This document shows, piece by piece, positions 9,073-18,694 of a DNA stretch of 64,000 bases. Source of the stretch: Candidatus Babeliales bacterium (lineage in GTDB: Bacteria; Babelota; Babeliae; Babelales; JANWKD01); NCBI GenBank assembly GCA_963762115.1, contig CAVXJH010000006.1:416001-480000 (forward strand), in the 5' to 3' direction. A model generated the notes under the pieces. That model ran no database searches, was not told the DNA's origin, and saw nothing but the letters and a program-made list of their open reading frames with translations. Both the position numbers and the translations under genes were made by a program. The stretch's first letter is position 1; each line of letters starts with the position of its first letter.

Positions 9073-10034
9073 TTTTTCCATCGCCAAATAGTTTTAGCAA
9101 TTAATTCAGGTGCTTGCAAAAGAATGGAAAGATGTTTTGCATGAGGGATAATTTCTGCTATGGAATTCTCTTTTTTATATTCCACTATTTTTTCAGATAA
9201 AAATTGTTCATCATCTTGTCCGATATAGATTGCAAAAGGTTTGTTCAGTTGAGCAAATAAATAGTGTATGTCGTAGGGAGTTGTTGCACATGACATTGCA
9301 TAGGAATATGAAGAGACGATAAGAGGATCTTCATCAAGTAACAATGGTGGATAATTAAAGAATACTGCATGGATATGCCGTAAAAAATTCCATGAAATTA
9401 GATTATTAATAATATAAACCCAAATGCGAGCTTTTTTTACAAAATTTTGTTTTGGATTTTTGTGTTCTTTTAAGGTGCCAGATTGAGGACCTAGATAAGG
9501 AGCTAAAAAAATGTAGCCGCTAATATCTTTTGCGTTTTTTCCATACGCATTATAATTTATTAACAATCCACTGCCCGATGAATGGCCCGCAAGATATAAG
9601 GGAAGATTTGGATATTTATTTTTTATTTTTTCAACAATGGTATCAACATCCTGCCATACTTGTTCAATTGTCGGCGTATCACCTCGAGGGCCATTTGAAT
9701 TTCCATGGCCACGAATATCGATCATGTAACAAGCAATATTGTATTTTTGTTGTAATTCTGTAGCAACCCATTGATGTGATTTATTTGTATATAATCCAGC
9801 ACCATGATAAAAAATAACAATGGCAGTAGGATTTTGTGGGATAAAAGGATAATACGCTAAAAATGTACCATCGGAAGCCCCTAAAAAACGTGGTTCTTGT
9901 GGTTCGATTGGTGCAATAGTTTGTAATTCATCAAAACTAAATGGGCCCATCTCATCTTCAGCATAATACGCATTTAAGTCATAAAAAAATAGTATTGTTA
10001 ATAAGAGTGTGATTGTGTAATTTGTTTTTTTCAT
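9069..10034 (-). CDS. Alpha/beta hydrolase (lysophospholipase/Hydrolase_4-like), secreted
   Basis: FYHGAG, DIRGHG, GHSSG nucleophile elbow, GQDDE and KHL; signal peptide. Confidence 0.9.
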   Translation of the reverse strand: MKKTNYTITLLLTILFFYDLNAYYAEDEMGPFSFDELQTIAPIEPQEPRFLGASDGTFLAYYPFIPQNPTAIVIFYHGAGLYTNKSHQWVATELQQKYNIACYMIDIRGHGNSNGPRGDTPTIEQVWQDVDTIVEKIKNKYPNLPLYLAGHSSGSGLLINYNAYGKNAKDISGYIFLAPYLGPQSGTLKEHKNPKQNFVKKARIWVYIINNLISWNFLRHIHAVFFNYPPLLLDEDPLIVSSYSYAMSCATTPYDIHYLFAQLNKPFAIYIGQDDEQFLSEKIVEYKKENSIAEIIPHAKHLSILLQAPELIAKTIWRWKK

Positions 10035-10169
10035 TTGTAATAATAATTAATATTTTTGAAAATTAAATTTAAGTTTAGTCTATCTATTTTTTCTTTCTAA
10101 ATCAAATTATTTTCTTGTTATCATCGGTGTTTTTGTATTAAAGTATTGTTGTTCACTATAAAATAAAAA

Positions 10170-10294
10170 GATGATTCGAAGTATAAAGAACATTTAAAGA
10201 AGATACATAATGCACTGCTTAAAGCGTGCCAAGCAGCAATATTACCTTATTCTGGAGTTCCTCAGAAAAGTGTATAAAACTATAGTAAGGTTAT
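10170..10294. repeat. Direct repeat copy 2: orphan 3' gene fragment (KEHLKKIHNALLKACQAAILPYSGVPQKSV*)
   Basis: Duplicate of 8950-9072 at offset 1220 nt; includes the stop codon and downstream AGTAAGGTTAT. Confidence 0.93.
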
Positions 10295-10320
10295 CATTAT
10301 TACTTTGAAAGGTAAGAATT

Positions 10321-10545
10321 ATGAATCAAGCTAGGATGCTTTCAATGATTTTGTTGTTCGGCATGGTGTATAATGTTTCTTATTGCATGAACAAGGGATC
10401 TGATGTTGATGCATATAATCGAAAATTATTAAAAAAGAAACAACCAGCTCAAGTTATAGACAATCAAGAAGACATAGCTGAAATACTTATGAGCTTAAGT
10501 CAGCGTGAAAATAAAGGTAAACAGACTAGCAAGCAAACAAAATGA
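10321..10545 (+). CDS. Small hypothetical exported protein
   Basis: AAGG RBS and signal-like N-terminus ending SYC|MN. Confidence 0.55.
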   Translation: MNQARMLSMILLFGMVYNVSYCMNKGSDVDAYNRKLLKKKQPAQVIDNQEDIAEILMSLSQRENKGKQTSKQTK

Positions 10546-10579
10546 TATCTATGTTTTATAAAAATAAAAAAGGATAAAA

Positions 10580-10966
10580 ATGGAAAAAGATCATATCAAA
10601 GCATGTAATACGTGCATTCTTGCTTGTGAAGCATCACTTGCGGCGTGTAAAAAAATTTCTGAGCAAACACAGAATCAACAATTAGAACAAACATATACGC
10701 AAATATTTCAAGAGAGCGTAACGGCTTGTCAAGATTGCATTAATGATTGCAGAAAACATTTAAAAGAATGTAAAGATCCTGAGTGTATTGAAGTAACCCA
10801 GGCGTGTATTCGTGTGTGTGAACAATGCCTTGATGCTTGTGATAAATCAGCAGATCTTTGTGATGTGCTTGATGAAAAATGTGTTGATTCATGTCAAAGG
10901 ACAAAAGATGTTTGTCGAGAATGTATCCAAGCTTGTGATGCATGTATCGAACATTCTTGTTGTTAA
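10580..10966 (+). CDS. Cys-rich four-helix-bundle protein, copper storage protein (Csp/DUF326)-like
   Basis: 22 Cys in 128 aa in repeated CxxC/CxxxC helical spacing; AAGGA RBS. Confidence 0.72.
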   Translation: MEKDHIKACNTCILACEASLAACKKISEQTQNQQLEQTYTQIFQESVTACQDCINDCRKHLKECKDPECIEVTQACIRVCEQCLDACDKSADLCDVLDEKCVDSCQRTKDVCRECIQACDACIEHSCC

Positions 10967-11070
10967 GAAGATTTGATTTATAAAGACTAAACATAATTGA
11001 TTTTTTTGAAAATAAATTTAAACTAAAAAAACAATGTATTAATACTATATATTTAGGGAAAAAATCAACT

Positions 11071-11319
11071 ATGAAAACATATTTTTATCTTTCTTTTTTT
11101 GCATTGATGTTTTTTGTTGCAAAAAATAATGCGATGTCTCTTGAAGAGCAAATGAGGAATCCTGTTATAAGACAATATATTCAAGATCCAAAAGATCATG
11201 TAAATTATCCTCAATGTTTGTTTGAAGCATTAGGTTATAATCCTGATCAATACCGTTCTGCTCTTAATCAATCATGCGAAAAATGTCACAGATTGGTGTT
11301 AGAATCTAAAAGAAAATAA
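11071..11319 (+). CDS. Small hypothetical exported protein
   Basis: MKTYFYLSFFALMFFVAKNNA|MS signal; AGGG RBS. Confidence 0.6.
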   Translation: MKTYFYLSFFALMFFVAKNNAMSLEEQMRNPVIRQYIQDPKDHVNYPQCLFEALGYNPDQYRSALNQSCEKCHRLVLESKRK

Positions 11320-11339
11320 CATATATTCGAATAATAAAA

Positions 11340-11378
11340 AAAGCCCTCTTATGTTTTTGGAAAGCATATGAGGGCTTT
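11340..11378. terminator. Bidirectional intrinsic terminator
   Basis: AAAGCCCTC...GAGGGCTTT inverted repeat between convergent genes, flanked by A/T runs. Confidence 0.7.
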
Positions 11379-11393
11379 ATAATTTTAAATATA

Positions 11394-11990
11394 TTATGCT
11401 TTATGCGTAGGTAAAGATATCATCTTTTTTGCTGCAAGCGACAACATAATCCATGTCCACCCAGTAAAAATCGTATCAATGCCAACAAACATACCAATGA
11501 CCCAAAGTCCTGAATAAGGCCATTGTTTCCAAATGAGAACGCCAAGCACTAAGGTGAGAACACCATTTAGTACTAACCAAAATTTGTGGGGAATATGTTT
11601 GGCAAAAGCAAAAATTATTTTTAAAATGCCAGAAACAACAAAGAATATCGCTAGAAATAAGGTAAGGTTTATGGCATTGACGGTGGGATCCATAACCATA
11701 AAGAATCCACCCACAATAAATAAGATGCCCAATATGAGATGTAAAAAAAAGAGGCTCCAACGACTCATTTTGAACGCCTGAAATGCTTCAAAACCGCCGA
11801 CAGTCATGAGTAATAGGCCAAGATAGATTACTGAGAACACTGTTGAGGTGTAAGCAAAAATCATTGCTAACGTTCCTAATACCACCAAGCCGATGCCAAG
11901 TAATAAATACCATGTTGAATTTTCTTTAAGTTGTGCAATGCATTGAGGATTTATTTCAAAATCTAATTTATTATTGTGGTGATTCATCAT
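11394..11990 (-). CDS. HdeD/DUF308 family membrane protein
   Basis: About six TM helices; C-terminal WP.SGLWVIGMFVGID motif. AAGGAG precedes ATG at 11990, so the true start is downstream of the ORF-track start. Confidence 0.88.
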   Translation of the reverse strand: MMNHHNNKLDFEINPQCIAQLKENSTWYLLLGIGLVVLGTLAMIFAYTSTVFSVIYLGLLLMTVGGFEAFQAFKMSRWSLFFLHLILGILFIVGGFFMVMDPTVNAINLTLFLAIFFVVSGILKIIFAFAKHIPHKFWLVLNGVLTLVLGVLIWKQWPYSGLWVIGMFVGIDTIFTGWTWIMLSLAAKKMISLPTHKA

Positions 11991-12176
11991 ATTTATGCTC
12001 CTTTGGGTAGGTAAAAAAAGATTATGAAATAATGGTAAAAAAAATTCTTTTTTATTAGCAAGACATTTGATGTAATGTTTTTTATTATTTTTTTTTCTTC
12101 TATTAACTTTTGTGGTATCATGCATTGGATTAAAAAATTAATACTCTATTCGATTTCTATCTGGAAGGATTTGCTG

Positions 12177-13628
12177 ATGATTGTAATGAAACGAATTGTG
12201 CCATTTTTATTATTGATAGTAAGTTTACATAAAGTAAATGGTTATCTTGATGAAAATGGTGTGCCAAAAGAAGGCATATTTGGGTATCGAGGGATTCAGA
12301 AAAATTTGTATTGTTTAATTACTGTTGATTGGTCTCGTGAAAAAAAGATGCTTGAAGCATTTGATAATGTTCTCAAACCTGATAATGCAGATAAAGCTGA
12401 AGATTTAAAAACATTTAAAGAGAAGTTTTACCCTGAAGATTGTGGGCGTCATCCTCGTTTGGTTCAACAAGCACTTGAAAGCAATCGATCAGATTTAATA
12501 GAGTTTATGAAAGAAAAAGGCTTAAATATAAAAAGTACTTTTCAAGAACATTGTGTTGATAAAGCTGAACAAAAAACTGAATTTTTGAAACATCCGTTGC
12601 ATGCCATTGTGCAAAAGCACGGTAATCAAGGTGTTGCTTTAGTGAGTCTGATGATTAGATTAGGTTTTGATCCTAAATTAAAAGATGCTCAAGGAAATAC
12701 CTTATTTCATAATGCTGCAGAAAAAAAATCTGTGAAGATTATTCAGGCATTAAAAGAAAAGATCAATGTTAACGAAAGAAATAAACAAGGCAAAACAGCG
12801 TTTCTTATTGCTATTGAAAAATGCGATCAACAAGCTATCGATGAACTTGTTGCACAAGGTGCCTATAGTTGTCTGCAAGATGCTAAAGGCAATACATCAG
12901 TGCACGATGCCGCGGCATATGCAAATTCTACTGGCTTGAAATATTTAGAGGAATTAGCAAAAACTAAAGATTTTGACCCTAATGTAGCGAATGCTGAAGG
13001 TGAAACGCCGTTATTTGTTGCAACAAAGAATAAGAATAAAGATGGTGCGGCTTTTTTAATAGCTAAAGGCGCGAAAACTGGTCATAAAAACAATCAAGAA
13101 GATACTCCTCTTCATATTGTGGCTCGCTTACAACCACCGTCAGCGTATGAGGCTCTTTTTGAAGAATTGTTAAAATCTATGGATTTTGATGATGAGATTG
13201 TTGATACCAAAGGTAAGAAAGTGTTTGATATCAATAATGAACAAGAAGAATGTTATTGTAACCCACCAAAAATAGGGACAATATTAACATCAAAAGAATT
13301 TACAAAACGAAAAGAAGAATGTTCAATTATTGGCAATCGCAAAGAGAAGTTTAAAGAACGCTGTAAAGATAAATATAAAAAATATCTTTATCAAGTTAAT
13401 GAGGAACAAAATGCAGAAACCTCTCGCAAGAATCAAGAAGATTTAGAATTAGTTAGAAAGCAAAATGAAGAGAAAAAAAGAGAAGCTGAGGCAACATTGG
13501 CAAGATTTCAAATGTTAGAAGCTGATACTCAAATATTAGAAAAAAAAGAATCTGAAATAATTAACAAAAATGAAGAATTTGAAAAAACTAAAAATGATCA
13601 AGTTGAAGAATTAGTAAAAAGTATTTAA
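12177..13628 (+). CDS. Ankyrin-repeat protein with signal peptide and C-terminal coiled coil
   Basis: Repeats DAQGNTLFHNAA, NKQGKTAFLIAI, DAKGNTSVHDAA, NAEGETPLFVAT and NNQEDTPLHIVA at about 33-35 aa spacing; E/K-rich tail. Confidence 0.9.
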   Translation: MIVMKRIVPFLLLIVSLHKVNGYLDENGVPKEGIFGYRGIQKNLYCLITVDWSREKKMLEAFDNVLKPDNADKAEDLKTFKEKFYPEDCGRHPRLVQQALESNRSDLIEFMKEKGLNIKSTFQEHCVDKAEQKTEFLKHPLHAIVQKHGNQGVALVSLMIRLGFDPKLKDAQGNTLFHNAAEKKSVKIIQALKEKINVNERNKQGKTAFLIAIEKCDQQAIDELVAQGAYSCLQDAKGNTSVHDAAAYANSTGLKYLEELAKTKDFDPNVANAEGETPLFVATKNKNKDGAAFLIAKGAKTGHKNNQEDTPLHIVARLQPPSAYEALFEELLKSMDFDDEIVDTKGKKVFDINNEQEECYCNPPKIGTILTSKEFTKRKEECSIIGNRKEKFKERCKDKYKKYLYQVNEEQNAETSRKNQEDLELVRKQNEEKKREAEATLARFQMLEADTQILEKKESEIINKNEEFEKTKNDQVEELVKSI

Positions 13629-13636
13629 AGCTAACA

Positions 13637-14086
13637 ATGATAACAATTAAAAACACACAACGTAAAATAACTGTTAATGTTAAGCAATTAGAAAAAGATG
13701 CGCAGACAATTCTGCGCATCTTGCGCTATGAAGATTATGATCTGGGCATTTGGTTAACAACTGATAAGATGATTAGAAAATATAATCGAGAATATCGGCA
13801 CAAAGACAAAGCAACTGATATTCTTTCATTTGCGTATCATGCAACGCTTAAAGCTGGTGAGCGTATTAAGCCAAAAGAAGTGGAAGATAGAAATCTTGGT
13901 GACTTAATTATTTCTGTTGAATATGTGCAGAATGTGGCAGAAGAAATGGATGTTAGTTTGCATAAAAGAATGCAAGTTTTGCTTGTGCATGGTATTTGTC
14001 ATTTGCTTGGGTATGATCATGAAGTTGATGCAGATTATAAGGTGATGCATCGTAAAGAATTGGCGCTTTTGAAGCATTTAAAGTGA
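13637..14086 (+). CDS. ybeY: rRNA maturation endoribonuclease YbeY
   Basis: NREYR.KDKATDILSF, LGDLIIS and HGICHLLGYDH zinc motif. Confidence 0.96.
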   Translation: MITIKNTQRKITVNVKQLEKDAQTILRILRYEDYDLGIWLTTDKMIRKYNREYRHKDKATDILSFAYHATLKAGERIKPKEVEDRNLGDLIISVEYVQNVAEEMDVSLHKRMQVLLVHGICHLLGYDHEVDADYKVMHRKELALLKHLK

Positions 14087-14134
14087 TAGTAAAAATCGCA
14101 TTTCTCAAAGCTAAAAAAACATTAATGACAGAAA

Positions 14135-14170
14135 TGTCATTCCGAGGCACATTGTGCCGTGGGAACCCAG
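14135..14170. repeat. REP/RPE-like palindromic element
   Basis: TGTCATTCCGAGGCACATTGTGCCGTGGGAACCCAG. The GTCATTCC...GGGAA(T/C)CCAG ends resemble Rickettsia RPE/Neisseria dRS3-type elements; inner GGCAC/GTGCC hairpin. Confidence 0.6.
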
Positions 14171-14219
14171 CCTATAAAATTCTTTTTAATTTTTTCATAA
14201 TTTTTTTAAATAAAATCTA

Positions 14220-14456
14220 TCGGCCCTATGCGGGCAGCATCCTCCTACGCTTATCCACGCCTTCCGGCTTGGCAAGCTACAGCGGACAGGCCAACCCTTC
14301 GAAGCTTTAGCGCAGTAGGGCCGCGCGAATATGCACCATTCCATTGTTGATGCCTTCAGCATCAAAATTCCAGGTGCACGTCGCACTACCGGACTAACTT
14401 ATTTATAAAAATTTCACCATGCAACATCTATATTATTCCTGCCCGCATAGGGCCGA
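14220..14456. other. GC-rich structured element bounded by a perfect 18-bp inverted repeat (MITE-like or structured RNA)
   Basis: TCGGCCCTATGCGGGCAG at 14220-14237 and its reverse complement at 14439-14456, with nested internal hairpins. Confidence 0.7.
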
Positions 14457-14580
14457 AAGATAGAATTAAAATAAGATAAAATTAGAACTCTTTATTAATT
14501 TGTATTTTTTATTCTTTAAAGAGTTGCTATATTAATATTGGAATAAAATGTATCAAAAAATCAATTTAAGAAAGGTTTAT

Positions 14581-14928
14581 ATGAAATTAATAAAATTTTC
14601 TCTTATGCTTAGTATAAGCTTACTACCTTTATGTATGAAGGGAATGGATGAAAAAAAGTTAATAAAAAGTAATGGACCTGAGAATGCAAAAGCTGGCGTA
14701 TACGCCGTATTAGCACATTTTGATGATTTTAATCGGTATGAAGCTAATGGAAAATATAGTAATCAAGTTAAAGAGTATGCAAGGAAACTTAATAGTGCTC
14801 CTTCGGGATTTGATTATCAAGAATTTGAAACTATCATTCGAAACAAATGGTTTGATTGTGTAGCTGAGATATATGAGGCAAGTACTGATAACGTAAAAAA
14901 TGTAATATATTTAAATGATAAAAAATAG
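14581..14928 (+). CDS. Hypothetical exported protein
   Basis: AAAGG RBS; MKLIKFSLMLSISLLPLCMKG|MD. Confidence 0.65.
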   Translation: MKLIKFSLMLSISLLPLCMKGMDEKKLIKSNGPENAKAGVYAVLAHFDDFNRYEANGKYSNQVKEYARKLNSAPSGFDYQEFETIIRNKWFDCVAEIYEASTDNVKNVIYLNDKK

Positions 14929-14954
14929 AAAAATATAATAGCCAAAAATACTGA

Positions 14955-14993
14955 AAATAGAGTGTTCATGAATTATAAGTGGGCACTCTATTT
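14955..14993. terminator. Probable bidirectional terminator
   Basis: AAATAGAGTG...CACTCTATTT inverted repeat between convergent genes. Confidence 0.6.
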
Positions 14994-16641
14994 AATCGCC
15001 GCCACCGGAACTTAAGAATCCAAACTTAGCAGCAACAGCCTTGAGTGCAGCATCATCAAAACGTATTCCCATGCCAAAGAATCCATTAGAGTTTTCTTGA
15101 CTGATAAAATCATCAGCACCAAATGCGCAGTAAATGTTTCTCAGTATGAATACTCTATTCATCCATTTAACATGCGGTCTGCTGTCATTAATACGTTGTC
15201 GACCTCTGAAATCAAATAATTCGAAGGTAGTAACCCATCTGAAATTGTCATTATTGAATGGAATTTCAATATCAATACCAACACCAGACCATCCTTCAAT
15301 TAAGCCAAAACGCAATGCAACATCTTTGAATATTTTACCAATTTGAATGCCATAGCGAGGTGCATCAAGAGTACGTTTAATCGTTTCAACTCTACCAACT
15401 AATTCACCAAGAAAATGGGCTCGTTGAAAGAAATCACTTGGTAAAAACTGTTTATCATTTTCATCATACCAATTTTTAACTAATGATTCTCTTTCTAAGT
15501 TACCACGTTGAGAGGTCACTCGTTGTATCATATAAAAATGATCATCGGTGGGATGTATTCTAATATCAATGTATCCTTTTGCTTCTTCAAAAACCATATG
15601 TTCTGCTGGGCGATACATAAATTCACCATGCGCATCAAGAACGATGCTCAATTTATCAATCATGGAGAAATAATTTTTTAAACCGCCAATTGCATATTTT
15701 ATGTCGCTGTATGTTTCATCTTCATTAATGAGTTTACCAAGCAGGCCTTTGCCATCATCAAGTTTTCCAGAAATTGAACTGATATTTTTGAAGCTGTCAG
15801 ATGCTTGAAGCGCTGCATCTTCTAATGCTTCGGTTGTTTTTTCAACTTTTTGAGCAATGCGATTTACATCGCGGTCAAAGACTTCAGACATTCGTTCTAT
15901 GCTTGCCTGAAACGAGGGAAGGAATTCTGATTCCATGCGTTTTGAAAGGCGACCAAAATCATCGCTGAGTGCTGGTATTGATTTTACCATTTCATGAGTA
16001 ATATCACGGACGTCAGTGAGAATATTATTTATATTATTTTCATTGTTTGATAACGTGCGATCAAGTGCGCTAGCAAACGTGGAAATTTTTTCAGCCGCTT
16101 GATTGAGATAACGCATAGTATATTGCAATTCGCTTTTTCCTTCAGCGCCACCAAATGTTTCCTGTAATGATGCGGTTACATCAACAACATGTCCTGCAAT
16201 AGTATGTACTTTGTGCAAAATATCATCGATAGAAACTGCTGCATGAGCAGGTCTTACTAATTCATGACCTTCGGGTAAAGCAGGAAGTGAAGAATCTCCC
16301 GGTATAATTTCAAGGTATTTGGTGCCAAGAAGGCCTTCTTGACGTACTTTGGCTGATGCATCGGTGTGTAATATATATTGTTTGAGAATCATAATATATG
16401 CTTTTGCCAAATAGTTTTCACCTTCAAGTAATTCTATTCGATCTACCCACCCGACGATGACGCCAGCAATTTTGACTTCAGCTTTTCTATCAAGTCCGCC
16501 AATATCATGAAATTTAACGACTTGAAGTTTATAATTACCTTTATGCAATCTGAAAACGCCTAATTGCAAGGTCATATAAAAGAAAATTCCCAAAGCAAGT
16601 ATGACGAATATTCCAACGCGTGTTTCTGTTTTGATCTGCAA
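14992..16641 (-). CDS. mlaD: MlaD/MCE family protein with long helical region and beta-rich C-terminus
   Basis: ETRVGIFV TM start and MCE motifs GL...AEVKIAGV.VG.V and GLLGTKYLEI.PG; later GLLGKLINE. Confidence 0.88.
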   Translation of the reverse strand: MQIKTETRVGIFVILALGIFFYMTLQLGVFRLHKGNYKLQVVKFHDIGGLDRKAEVKIAGVIVGWVDRIELLEGENYLAKAYIMILKQYILHTDASAKVRQEGLLGTKYLEIIPGDSSLPALPEGHELVRPAHAAVSIDDILHKVHTIAGHVVDVTASLQETFGGAEGKSELQYTMRYLNQAAEKISTFASALDRTLSNNENNINNILTDVRDITHEMVKSIPALSDDFGRLSKRMESEFLPSFQASIERMSEVFDRDVNRIAQKVEKTTEALEDAALQASDSFKNISSISGKLDDGKGLLGKLINEDETYSDIKYAIGGLKNYFSMIDKLSIVLDAHGEFMYRPAEHMVFEEAKGYIDIRIHPTDDHFYMIQRVTSQRGNLERESLVKNWYDENDKQFLPSDFFQRAHFLGELVGRVETIKRTLDAPRYGIQIGKIFKDVALRFGLIEGWSGVGIDIEIPFNNDNFRWVTTFELFDFRGRQRINDSRPHVKWMNRVFILRNIYCAFGADDFISQENSNGFFGMGIRFDDAALKAVAAKFGFLSSGGGD

Positions 16642-16659
16642 AGTACTATCCTTTTTGGA

Positions 16660-17757
16660 TTACAACCAATAGAGTTTCTTTATGGTATAAGGAACCTGAG
16701 CATTTTTATTCCGTTCAATAATTGCAAAAACTTTTTGTGTTATATTTCCTACAATACCATAGGACAGTATACCAAATGTTTTTGCTTCAAAGTTTTGTGC
16801 TAACAAACTAGTAAAATCAGTAGGCACGGCTTTTAATTCTTTTCCATAGAGTTTTTGTAATACTTTTTCCCATGTTATTTTTATATCTCCTTCGATAGAT
16901 TTCATTCCCTTCAGGAGTTGTTCAATTTCTTTTTCTCGTGCTGGCACATCACCTGTTTCAGCGCGCTTTAATCCAACTATGGCGCAAATTGAATCCGAAA
17001 GCAACCAAGGATTTAATGTTTTGGTACCTGACCATAGCGTAAGTATATCCATTAAGTACACGGGCCTTTGCTCCTTTTTTGTGCCTTTTAGTGCAGGCGG
17101 CTCGTAAAATAGTGCTTCTTTAAATGCCTCGCGAAATTCTTTTATTGAAAGAAGTTCGGTGACATCATTCAACTTATACTGCCTCTGTTTTAAAAACTTT
17201 TCAAATAGTTCGAATAAGTCTTTGCCCCCTGCAGTTTTTTTCATGCTATTAAAGAGCGCTTTAAATATCTTTTTTCCATCAAGTGATGTTGCACCTTCGC
17301 CAATAAATTTTTTTTTGCCGAAGTCATACCATTGATTAATATCTATTTTACCATCTTCGCAAGTAATGCAAAGCCTGATCTCACCATCTAATCCATCAAT
17401 TTCTTCTTTGAGAGTGAATGATTGCCATCTATTGAGTGCCGGCATACTCTTTTTCAAGAGTTCTATGTTTGGATCTTTTTTTTCTTCGGCATCTTTTTGC
17501 TGAGCGGTCTGTGTTTTTTCGTTTGATTTTTTTTCTTCGGGTTTTGGTATGGTGAGCATACTTATTGCTAATTCAATACCGCCCTTTGCTAATGTTTTGG
17601 CTTTTTCGCGTTCAATCATGGTGCGATTAAAATAAAAATGTATTGTACTATTTTGAAAAAGTTGTGTAACGAGCATGACGATCATGCTTAAGATCATAAG
17701 GGTAAGGACGAGAATAAAGCCTGATTGCTGATGTGCAGAATGAGGAGATTTATTCAT
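16660..17757 (-). CDS. gspK: Type II secretion minor pseudopilin GspK-like
   Basis: SG|FILVLTL prepilin site without E5, A..LA..GI, EDGKIDIN and ELL.I motifs; last pseudopilin in the operon. Confidence 0.8.
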   Translation of the reverse strand: MNKSPHSAHQQSGFILVLTLMILSMIVMLVTQLFQNSTIHFYFNRTMIEREKAKTLAKGGIELAISMLTIPKPEEKKSNEKTQTAQQKDAEEKKDPNIELLKKSMPALNRWQSFTLKEEIDGLDGEIRLCITCEDGKIDINQWYDFGKKKFIGEGATSLDGKKIFKALFNSMKKTAGGKDLFELFEKFLKQRQYKLNDVTELLSIKEFREAFKEALFYEPPALKGTKKEQRPVYLMDILTLWSGTKTLNPWLLSDSICAIVGLKRAETGDVPAREKEIEQLLKGMKSIEGDIKITWEKVLQKLYGKELKAVPTDFTSLLAQNFEAKTFGILSYGIVGNITQKVFAIIERNKNAQVPYTIKKLYWL

Positions 17758-17773
17758 GAACGATCCTTACTGT

Positions 17774-18694
17774 TTATGGTTTTGGGGGTGTGTTAGGTAT
17801 TTTACCAGTTTGATTTAAATTTTTTTGCGGTTTTTCTTTATCAGATTTTTTTTCTTGTTGCGATGTATCATTAAAAGAGGCAATTGCATAGTTTAATATA
17901 AATTTTTGCGATTGACGATGATGAAGATCCCATAGTTCAAGAATGATGTTTATACATTGTGGAATTTTAGGGATCGTTTCTTTTTCTTTGGCGGGTAGAT
18001 TTTCTTTTCCCCATTCTTTAACCATTTTAAACGTGATTGGTTGTTGTTCTGGTTTTGCGTCTTGAGGATTAGATTCTTTTGTTTCTTTTTTCCCCTCTGG
18101 TTTTGAAGGCTCAGGATAGCGGTATTCTACTTGAAGAGATTTAATATTTTGAGTAAGTTCATAAGCGCGAATTCCTTGTTTCCCTTTAATTTCAAAGTCT
18201 TTTAAATCAAGATTGGTTGCTTCTTGACGAGTAAGGGCAAAAGATGTTTTATCTTCGTTGGGCACCAGTTTATAGACAACGCGTACCATGCGAGAAGTGG
18301 GACCTTCTTTGTGATACATTTGCAAAGGATTATTAGTTATGAATGAGAGAAGTTGTAATGAGGTATCTTTGTTGGAGCTAATAAAAATATCTTTAATTTC
18401 TTTTTGTGGAGATTCTTTTTCTTGTTCAGGTGCCTTTGCCGGTTGTTTTGCGTTTGGTGCTGCTGCAATGGTTGTTGTAGTGGTGCTTGAAAGTTGCAAG
18501 GGAACAAAAATGCCAGAAAAATCATTTTCAAGTTGATGTGCTACAAGAGCAATATGCACATCAATATTGATAATATCATCACTCGCTTTAATCACTTTCC
18601 CGGTAACATAAAAACTGGAATAAAGAGCAAGTAAGATAATGCTTGAAATTAACAAACCAATAATAAGTTCAATAAGGGTAAACCCAGACCTCAT
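17774..18694 (-). CDS. gspJ: Pseudopilin GspJ-like
   Basis: MRSG|FTLIEL class III signal, LENDF helix, operon position. Confidence 0.72.
   Translation of the reverse strand: MRSGFTLIELIIGLLISSIILLALYSSFYVTGKVIKASDDIINIDVHIALVAHQLENDFSGIFVPLQLSSTTTTTIAAAPNAKQPAKAPEQEKESPQKEIKDIFISSNKDTSLQLLSFITNNPLQMYHKEGPTSRMVRVVYKLVPNEDKTSFALTRQEATNLDLKDFEIKGKQGIRAYELTQNIKSLQVEYRYPEPSKPEGKKETKESNPQDAKPEQQPITFKMVKEWGKENLPAKEKETIPKIPQCINIILELWDLHHRQSQKFILNYAIASFNDTSQQEKKSDKEKPQKNLNQTGKIPNTPPKP

Noticed and set aside
14083..14386. ORFs 14083-14310 and 14195-14386
   Set aside because: They run through GC-rich palindromes, lack an RBS and have no protein-like features.
1..14900. Integron cassette array or prophage
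   Set aside because: Mixed gene orientations, and no attC-like repeats, integrase or phage genes were recognised.
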